NCBI GenBank assembly: GCA_000513175.1
Contig: HG380926.1
Span: forward strand, 70,091 to 76,835
Source: Adineta vaga
Taxonomy: Eukaryota
Direction of reading: 5' to 3'
DNA length: 6,745 nt
The notes beneath the pieces were generated by a model that was given only the letters and a program-made list of their open reading frames with translations, ran no database searches and had not been told where the DNA came from. Position 1 is the stretch's first letter, and every line of letters begins with the position of its first letter. The translations under genes and the position numbers were made by a program. Positions 1-6,745 of the stretch are shown piece by piece.

Positions 1-953
1 GGTCAAAATAGCATCACAAACCGTAACAGATATACGTTAGCATAAGATCACAGGTCTCCGCCGGGCCGATGGAAAACAGATAAGAACGCGTGCCAATAAT
101 TTGCCTCCTCGTGGGATAGTATTATTCCAACCCACGAAGAGCCTTGATATCAACTCATAACGAGAGTGTTAATGTTGAGTAAACTTTTCAGATTCACCGA
201 GGGAATGATACTCTTTAAAATATTCAGTATATGCAAATGAAAGCAACTTTCGTTTTCTTTGTTCAAAATAATCGAAAGGATTTATTTCAATCTTTATTCG
301 ACTCGAGATGTAAAGTCGAAACAAAAGAACATATACTTATGAACGATTTAGAATATTCTAAGGAGATCTGACGCTCTTAAAGTTACTCTTCTGATGCAAA
401 ATATGTATCTACTAAGTAACTCCTATAAAAAAAACTGTATAGCTGACGATGATAAATATAGATAATATGGGATAAGTTAGTAGTTTTGATGGATCCGGAA
501 CTATGATAAAGGGGCGCTACAAGAAAAATCTGTGGCCAGTCATCGAACACTATGTTAGTTTAAACTATTTGTCATACTTTTTCTTCGGATCTCTTTCAGG
601 CACCTTTGGAGTTCTTGTGATACATTGCTACACTGAGTACGATTCCGCTCAAGGGGTCCTGCTGTCTTGATGTCCTGTTCTACGCTCGTTACCCATGAAC
701 GTATTATTAAACTAATAACTAAAGATTTTTATATATTCTTTTGTATAAAAAATGAAAGGGACTTCGGAATCTCTCAATAAGACTTTCACCAATAGCCAAA
801 TTTCACTGTACTTCCGCCGTTAGCGTGAGTCTTATTGGCGGACATCCCACCACTCAGATAAAAATCAATATTGTGAACTGATTGTTATTTTTCATATTGA
901 TATGAGACAAATTAGTTATAAAATAGTTAATAAACTAATATACAGTGTTATAG

Positions 954-1680
954 TCAAAGGCCCAAAGAATGATTCATATTGTCGTATAAAATATCCTGCT
1001 GCTGTCGTGTAGGACAGAAAAAGTTGGTCTGTACTCACCTCTGACACAAAAAATATTAATATTCCAATTACAATACACAATAATAGTTCCAATAATAATC
1101 GCCAGTTTCGAAACACTGTTAATGGACATGAGCTTTGTTTTGTATTTGTTCTTGGAGAATTTTCATGGTCACAAATATGTCCTTGATTAAGAGAACCTAA
1201 ATCACATTTTCAATAGAATCGCCATAGAAAATCATTGCGACTTACAAGACTGTAATTTCAATTTATCCTCTTGATCATCAGAAATTTCATTGATCATATC
1301 ATACGTGGCATTATCATAGATATATCACGAACTGATTGATTAAGTTCTTTTGATTCAATTCGTCTTAAATGTCCTATATCAACAAATAAAAATAATAGTT
1401 TTGTAACAAAACTTTAAAAAAACCTTTGAGTAATTCGACAGCATTCATACAATGAATGAATTTGATCAAATGCATCAATTAAAAATGTTAAATCCTTTTC
1501 ACTAATTCTTCTTTCTTCTATAAGTCTTTCCATAATATTAAGTGTACCTGTAAGCGATGGATCATCTCGAAATCTTCGTGGAACAACACCACCAAGATAA
1601 AAATGTAAACGTGATCGATCTTCATTACTAAGATGATCTTGAATATCCAATAAAATAACACGTAAACGTTGAGTATCCAT
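954..1680 (-). pseudogene. Four-exon DED plus single-pass transmembrane protein gene, probably frameshifted. Model: exon 1 1424-1680, intron 1374-1423 (50 nt), exon 2 1246-1373, intron 1197-1245 (49 nt), exon 3 1039-1196, intron 996-1038 (43 nt, tentative), exon 4 954-995 (tentative)
   Basis: On the minus strand, introns are bounded by ..CTCAAAG|GTTTTT..GATATAG|GA, ..CAGTCTT|GTAAGTCG..GATTTAG|GTTCTC and ..GTCAGAG|GTGAGT. Exon 3 reads SLNQGHICDHENSPRTNTKQSSCPLTVFRNWRLLLELLLCIVIGILIFFVSE, which includes a hydrophobic TM helix. Exon 2 reads GHLRRIESKELNQSVRDI, then in a different frame YDNATYDMINEISDDQEDKLKLQS. Removing 4 nt from TTCATTCA (1453-1460) and 2 nt from ATATAT (1320-1325) gives one continuous frame. 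Confidence 0.6.
1424..1680 (-). CDS. Death effector domain (DED)-like exon: MDTQRLRVILLDIQDHLSNEDRSRLHFYLGGVVPRRFRDDPSLTGTLNIMERLIEERRISEKDLTFLIDAFDQIH...
   Basis: The pattern is typical of DEDs: 'LL.I...L...D...L.F.L...IPRR......L..L...ME..L..I.E.DL.FL...F..I'. The start codon at 1680 is preceded by in-frame stops. The ORF-track 3' end (..ECCRITQRFF) is probably an artefact of intron read-through plus a frameshift. Confidence 0.72.
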
Positions 1681-2019
1681 TATTTATTATTTATTCCACG
1701 AAGAAAATTGTATGATTAATAAGAATATCTGCTAAGAAGAAAAAAATAGTGAATAATCAATTTGAATCTTGCCTTAAGCGATAAATTTATCGTTTTGTGG
1801 GATTTCATTTTTTCCTTTCTCTCATGTAGAGTATGGGAAAAATTGTCAAGTATGGAATATCACCACTTATTATACAATCACACAGTCGGTCTTGTCGATA
1901 CTTTTCTTCTACTTTATTCTATGAGAAAAATCTGTCCTTTCTCACATCTTCAGACTATAGATTTATCTATTGTAAATTACGAAGGATTGACATTCAGAGA
2001 GCTGATTCGAAAAAATGAC

Positions 2020-2042
2020 GTGGGTGTGGGTGTGGGTGTGAG
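2020..2042 (+). repeat. Short (TGTGGG)n-like tract: GTGGG TGTGGG TGTGGG TGTGAG
   Basis: Direct reading of 'gtgggtgtgggtgtgggtgtgag'. Confidence 0.9.
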
Positions 2043-2072
2043 TATGAAAGAACAGTAGATACCCACACCCAC
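2026..2072. repeat. 12-bp perfect inverted repeat: gtgggtgtgggt (2026-2037) / acccacacccac (2061-2072), 23-nt spacer
   Basis: Direct reverse-complement comparison. The right arm extends imperfectly to 2080 (..ctacaccc). Confidence 0.88.
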
Positions 2073-2192
2073 CTACACCCTCGACTTCGAATGCTGATTT
2101 AGGAAATACAAGTCAATTTCTTTGTAAACTTCGTATCCTTGTTTTTTTCAATACATTAACCATAGCTTTTTGACTTATTACATTAGCTACTC

Positions 2193-2510
2193 TTGATTGC
2201 ATGGTGTTCTTCTAACAGGAATATTAATTATCGAAATCGAAGTACATTGAAAAATGCACAATGTGGTATTATTCTCATTGTGTTTATGTCAATTCTTATA
2301 CAAATTCAACAGATCTTCTATTATGAAGCCAATCTTACATATACTCCATTGAAATGTTATTCAAAAACGGTAACACGTGGTATTCTATCAGATTTATCCT
2401 TGATTATGATTACTGTCCTAATTCCATTATCATTTATGTTTATCTTTGATCGAATGATTATTTTAAATATACACCACACACAATCACGTTTAGAAGCCAC
2501 ACAGCTATGA
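2193..2510 (+). other. Longest surviving open fragment of the GPCR pseudogene (TM4-ECL2-TM5)
   Basis: Two hydrophobic helices, CGIILIVFMSILIQIQQIFYY and LSLIMITVLIPLSFMFIF, separated by an extracellular-loop-like segment with Cys. The N-terminal residues before NRNINYR are probably out of frame. Confidence 0.6.
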
Positions 2511-3508
2511 CAATGTCGGATAGTAATGGAACTCTAAATCCCATTTTTGTCGATATTAGACATTTCAAACAACAACGCAAAACTGATAAACGATTATTCA
2601 ACATTACAAAATACGATTGAAATTTTAACTTTCGATTTATTTCTTCTTTTTATAAATTGTTGTTTCGGGAATGCCATTCTATATTTATAGATTACCTGGA
2701 AGAAAAGCATTTGGAAAAGCATCGTTAAATCTGTTTCATAGAAAATAAACATTATTGCCGCTCATAATCTCTTTATTTGGATAGAGAATAATAATCCTAC
2801 GGAAATAGAATGAAAGCTATGAAAGAGAAAATAAATTAAAAAGACGTAATTTCTTAAGATAAAATGTTTAGAGTGTATCGTGTGTCTGACATAAACAGAA
2901 CTGATATATAATATTTTGATAGATGAAAGTGTTTTAGTCTATTTCCAGATTATCATTTGATAGACGAATAATATATAAACTAATTAAAATCAACGAATTT
3001 GTATGTTAAAGATCATTTGTATTGAACTGAATATGTATCGAAGTCTTACTTGTACATGGTAATAATCAATTATATCTGAATATTTTCGAACAGATGATGA
3101 AAAAAAGCCTTTCAATTAAAATTTATTGTATATTATTACGAAGTTTAAAAAAAAGTTATTTTTAAAATATATCGATGAATTGAAATATTCTGCGGAGTTT
3201 TATTTATCTCATTTTATATTAAATTAAGCAGAAAAATACATCAAGTTTTACAAAATTATAGGTATATCAGTATTAGACATGTGACATACAGACATTATCA
3301 CTTATGTAAATTTTGATAAAAATGGATACTCGACATCTTCAATTATTCAATTTCGTTGATGATATTAAACTAATTGGAGTAGAAATTTTCTATCTATGTT
3401 TCATTGAATGAGTTAAGGAAAATAGGAAGACATTTATTTAGAGATGCGTTAATAATCATAAATAAAAGCTCGAGTCTTCTTTTTTTCTTAAAAACATTTT
3501 TCATAAAA

Positions 3509-4420
3509 ATGAATCTCTCAATAAATGATACAACACTAAAAAAAAGCGATTATAGTCTTATTGCTCCTTTATCAATGTCATTTTCTGTAATTGCTATTTT
3601 AATTAGTTTATATATATTAATTCTGATTATATTAACAAAACAATTACATACAATAAATCGTTTATTAATTTGTAATACATGTTTAGCTTCTATTTTATAT
3701 TGTCTTGTTCAATTTATTCTTTATATTTATCTTTTAATATTAAAATGGATTACAGATGATCAATCATGTCGATGGCGTGCTTATTTTTCATATATGTCGT
3801 TAGTTGCATTTGTCTATTCTTATGTTATTCAAATAATATCAAGATTTTTTTTTATTAATTTATATACAAAATATCGTTGGTTAATTTCATATAAAGTACA
3901 TATTTATTTAATTTTATTTGGATGGATTGTGATATTAATATTACCATTACCATCACTTTTAACAAATGATATTCATTTCCGTGCTGATGAAATTTGTTGG
4001 GTACCACCAGATAAGTTAATACATTCAAATTATACAATTGTTGCATATTATATAATACCAATTATATTAATTATTCTATTTAGTATTGTTATAATGATTC
4101 GAATATATAATTATAAAAATACAACAACAATACAACGTAATAAAAAAAGAAGAGAACGTGATTCAGAAATCTTTCGTAATATAATGATATCATTTAGTGT
4201 TTATTTTCTTGGTGGTATTCCATATATGATTAATCAATTTACAAATATTGAATTTTTCTATTCAGTCGGTGTAGTTTCTGTGACATTTGTTGTTAATATG
4301 GAAAAATTAATTATTATTTATCTTGATCGAGATATTCGAAATATTGTTAAAAATTATTTTTATCAAAGACATACTCGAGTTACACCAGTGACATTTAATC
4401 CTACTTTTACTGTTCGTTAA
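3509..4420 (+). CDS. Intact 7-transmembrane rhodopsin-like (class A-type) GPCR, single exon. The ORF track starts at 3404, but the likelier start is Met36 (MNLSINDTT..)
   Basis: Seven hydrophobic segments are present. The N-terminus is short and hydrophilic with N-glycosylation sequons NLS and NDT when started at 3509. A TM3 Cys (DQSCRWRAYFSYM) and an ECL2 Cys (DEICWVPP) could form the conserved disulfide. ICL3 is basic (NKKRRERDSEIFRN) and there is a helix-8-like tail (RDIRNIVKNYFYQ). Confidence 0.85.
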   Translation: MNLSINDTTLKKSDYSLIAPLSMSFSVIAILISLYILILIILTKQLHTINRLLICNTCLASILYCLVQFILYIYLLILKWITDDQSCRWRAYFSYMSLVAFVYSYVIQIISRFFFINLYTKYRWLISYKVHIYLILFGWIVILILPLPSLLTNDIHFRADEICWVPPDKLIHSNYTIVAYYIIPIILIILFSIVIMIRIYNYKNTTTIQRNKKRRERDSEIFRNIMISFSVYFLGGIPYMINQFTNIEFFYSVGVVSVTFVVNMEKLIIIYLDRDIRNIVKNYFYQRHTRVTPVTFNPTFTVR

Positions 4421-4422
4421 TT

Positions 4423-4460
4423 ACAAGTAATGCTCGTCGGACTGATTCGCTTAACTCTCG
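4423..4460 (+). repeat. Copy 1 of a diverged short direct repeat: ACAAGTAATGCTCGTCGGACTGATTCGCTTAACTCTCG
   Basis: Matches 5530-5570 with a few substitutions and small gaps. It begins 2 nt after the GPCR stop codon. Confidence 0.6.
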
Positions 4461-5122
4461 ACTATGGAGGACGGGTATTTTCAGTTTGTCACACTAGTGA
4501 GATGAATTGATCTGGAAACTTAAGATAGGAGAAAATGGCTCTCATGTTATTGGCAAAATATGTATTAACCTTCGAAAACAGAATATCAACTTTTTTTTCG
4601 TAAAATCAATTTCACCCAACACTCTTGTTCATACTGTGTCACGATGATTTCTGACTAGCGTTCACTGATGTTTTTTTTATACCTTTGCCACAAACTCACA
4701 GACTGGCTGGTTAATGGTCCTCTTTTTACTACAATTCTTCTCCTATTCCTCCTTTTTCATTTTAATTTCAAAATCAATAAATTGAATACCGTGAAAAAAC
4801 AAAAACTCGATGTTGAAAAGAATTAAATCATTGGAACAGGAGACAGAACTCATGTTGAAATATAAAAAGCTTCAATCAAAACTTCACAATACAAGAAACA
4901 CCAATAAGGACCACTTCATAAAAACGTTACATATCCTGCATTCTAAATTTCGATAACAACACGAACGACTGATTTCAAAACTTTAACCCCGAAATTTTCC
5001 CTCACGGCTACCCATTGTAAATCGCAACCAATACCCCACTCGCCTTACCCTCTTAACAAGTTACTAGTTTAGCCCTACCACTCGCACTGACCACGCATCT
5101 CTATAGCACCGAACATCGATAA

Positions 5123-5225
5123 ACTGACACTGACGTTCACTGGACCAGTGGTGCACCGACACTGTCTGCATTGAAAGTACAGTAAACACTGACACAGTAT
5201 TCACTGGGCTAGTGTGACGACACTG
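5123..5225. repeat. Two diverged tandem units: actgacactgacgttcactggaccagtggtgcaccgacactg (5123-5164) and actgacacagtattcactgggctagtgtgacgacactg (5188-5225)
   Basis: Shared blocks in the same order: ACTGACAC / TTCACTGG.C.AGTG / CGACACTG. Confidence 0.7.
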
Positions 5226-5529
5226 GGATTTTATTATTGGTGCGTATTAATTCGAAATAACACATAAGAGAACGACATCTTTCGCAGGTAATATGTAGAT
5301 GAATACAAAAGTTTATTTCGATGGAAAAATTTTAGCTATATAATCCATTTCCCTATAATTGATAGTTAATCTATTCGAAATAATTTGACTAGCATATTTC
5401 TTTGTTAATAAACTAATGAATAGCGATTATGAAATAACATCTACCTATTCCATTGTAAAGAAACTATGCTCCACTTATTATTGTATTCTTTTATATCCTA
5501 CTCTCTGTTGTCGATTCTTCTCATATATG

Positions 5530-5570
5530 ACAAGTAACGCTCGTCTTTAGACTCGCTTAGCCCTTTCTCG
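5530..5570 (+). repeat. Copy 2 of the diverged short direct repeat: ACAAGTAACGCTCGTCTTTAGACTCGCTTAGCCCTTTCTCG
   Basis: Aligned by eye to 4423-4460. Confidence 0.6.
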
Positions 5571-5891
5571 TAGAAATATTGCTTTCAGATGGTATATTTT
5601 TTATGCATTATTGTGTATATAAGTTTATTTTCAGCATAGATTAGATATTTTCACAAAAGCAACAATAGATACGTATACCAAAATGTTAAATATAGGATTA
5701 GATATTTTGAAGAAATACTAATACAATTAGGAAGATTATGAATGATTACATCAAATTAAGATAAATGTAAAGAAAGAAGTAAAGAAAGTGAACATATATG
5801 AATAGTTATTTTGAGATAATTTCAAATTATGATACATTTTATATGCTTGCAATAACACTAGACTCTTAGCAAAGTATCGATTTACACATGT

Positions 5892-6590
5892 TCAAAAAAT
5901 GAAAGAGATACACTCTCGTTTTGTCTTCTTGCCAAGTTCATCTAAACGTTTGAGTTCAGCGTCTTGGGCAGAAGAAGGTTGAACTTGTAGAACCTTCATG
6001 TCGAAAGGTCGAAGAATAACTATATCATCACCTTTCTTCACTCTGCTGAGTGGTACATATATCGATGCTACTTGCAGTGTCCCAGGCGGGACTTGAAGAT
6101 CGACTACGATTTTGTTCATTGTGAGTCCTTGCGCCTTGTATGTAGTTATAGCGAAGGCAGGTACAATTGGTAGTTGCGTTCGTGTAACTTGAATGACTTG
6201 TGGAATTTTTCTCCCACTTTGCGCTCGATCGAATAGATGCCCGAAGAGTTGCTTTATAGGAACAGTGAATCGCTTTTTGATTAATGGAATAGGAATTAGT
6301 TTAGGACGAAGACCATCAAGATTTGTTTCTACTTGTGATGTATTAATTTCCACGAGTGCATATAATGGTTTTCGTATGTATATTGTATTGGGGGAGAATA
6401 CATCGCTCTTTATCTTAAAACCCCTTGGCTCCTCCTGATCATCGTATACGAGCTCTCGAAAAATTCCTTGTGTACCATTCGAAAGCCCTAGTTCACACGC
6501 AATGTTATCGGTGAGAAGTACAGGCATGTTGGGTACGAAGGGTAAGAGACCGGGTAGAAGCTCGGTCTTGTTATCTGATAGATGGACGTT
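5892..6590 (-). CDS. C-terminal part of a Pif1-like SF1 DNA helicase (Pif1/Helitron-helicase superfamily), truncated at its N-terminus in this window
   Basis: The ORF 5892-6527 contains PVLLTDNIACELGLSNGTQG, VTRTQLPIVPAFAITTYKAQGLTMNKIVVDL (motif V region) and VASIYVPLSRVKKGDDIVILRPF (motif VI region). The same frame stays open upstream of the called Met to ~6590 (NVHLSDNKTELLPGLLPFVPNM), reaching an in-frame TGA at 6594-6596, so the annotated Met is unlikely to be the true start. Confidence 0.8.
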   Translation of the reverse strand, partial: NVHLSDNKTELLPGLLPFVPNMPVLLTDNIACELGLSNGTQGIFRELVYDDQEEPRGFKIKSDVFSPNTIYIRKPLYALVEINTSQVETNLDGLRPKLIPIPLIKKRFTVPIKQLFGHLFDRAQSGRKIPQVIQVTRTQLPIVPAFAITTYKAQGLTMNKIVVDLQVPPGTLQVASIYVPLSRVKKGDDIVILRPFDMKVLQVQPSSAQDAELKRLDELGKKTKRECISFIF

Positions 6591-6745
6591 ACTTCAAAAT
6601 TCGTTTGTGAAAGTAAGTTACTAATTATTACATCACCACACATTGCACACAATATTGTATTTACCCTATTTATCCATTTGACTGTACCCGGTATCATACG
6701 ATTATGCATTTCTCCCGAAAATCGGTACCCTCTGTTTCAAAAAAA

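Larger units (their letters stand above)
1833..2748 (+). pseudogene. Degenerate 7TM GPCR-like gene remnant (rhodopsin-like, same style as lineage-expanded single-exon receptors)
   Basis: Receptor-like pieces lie in order but in different frames: ..DYRFIYCKLRRIDIQRADS (frame of 1833); LATLDCMVFF* (from 2183, resembling the end of TM3); NRNINYRNRSTLKNAQCGIILIVFMSILIQIQQIFYYEANLTYTPLKCYSKTVTRGILSDLSLIMITVLIPLSFMFIF (2214-, TM4/ECL2/TM5); QQRKTDKRLF (2570-, ICL3); NTIEILTFDLFLLFINCCFGNA (2610-, TM7 start); GMPFYIYRLPGRKAFGKASLNLFHRK* (2668-2748, TM7 end/helix 8). Most of TM6 is missing. Confidence 0.68.

Noticed and set aside
1-900. tRNA, rRNA or hammerhead-type RNA gene at the left end
   Set aside because: I found no tRNA box B (GGTTCGAATCC-like) motif, no rRNA-like conserved core and no CTGATGA..GAAA hammerhead core by eye.
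1762-2058. Plus-strand ORF of 98 aa ending in VGVGVGVSMKEQ
   Set aside because: The VGVGVG tail is translation of the TGTGGG tract and the rest lacks domain-like features. The region is better treated as decayed GPCR and repeat sequence.
2020-2080. CRISPR-like or satellite array
   Set aside because: There are only a few 6-nt units and no regularly spaced unique spacers, and the genomic context is eukaryotic.
3855-4061. Minus-strand ORF of 68 aa
   Set aside because: It is antisense to the well-supported 7TM ORF, has no recognisable domain and is best explained as a shadow ORF.
4489-5217. 9-bp inverted match TCACACTAG (4489-4497) / CTAGTGTGA (5209-5217) as terminal inverted repeats
   Set aside because: It is short, not flanked by target-site duplications and within chance expectation at this length scale.
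6193-6438. Plus-strand ORF of 81 aa
   Set aside because: It is antisense to the helicase coding sequence and is a shadow ORF.
5892-6590. Calling a complete Helitron transposon
   Set aside because: No Rep/HUH domain, no verified 5'-TC or 3'-CTRR hairpin terminus, and no helicase motif I is visible in the window.
6488-6709. Minus-strand ORF of 73 aa in another frame
   Set aside because: It overlaps the conserved helicase frame (LLPFVPNMPVLLTDN) out of register and has no recognisable features. The translation appears incidental.

Overview
The window looks eukaryotic: AT-rich, tiny (~43-50 nt) introns and single-exon 7TM genes. By gene content and style it is plausibly a bdelloid rotifer, but this is inference because no database was searched. 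From left to right I can support: (1) a minus-strand, multi-exon gene remnant encoding an N-terminal death effector domain (DED) followed by one transmembrane helix, broken by two short slippage-type insertions whose frameshifts cancel; (2) a plus-strand, multiply frameshifted 7TM/GPCR pseudogene (~1.83-2.75 kb) interrupted by a (TGTGGG)n-like tract with an inverted CCCACA tract beside it; (3) an intact single-exon rhodopsin-like 7TM receptor ORF with non-canonical DRY and NPxxY positions; (4) a short diverged direct repeat right after that receptor's stop, with a second copy ~1.1 kb away, and a GC-richer diverged tandem repeat with palindromes between the copies; (5) a minus-strand C-terminal fragment of a Pif1-like SF1 helicase near the right edge. 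I found no CRISPR array, tRNA, rRNA or complete mobile element. The most interesting locus is the DED-transmembrane gene, whose architecture is hidden from the ORF track by introns and two microduplications.
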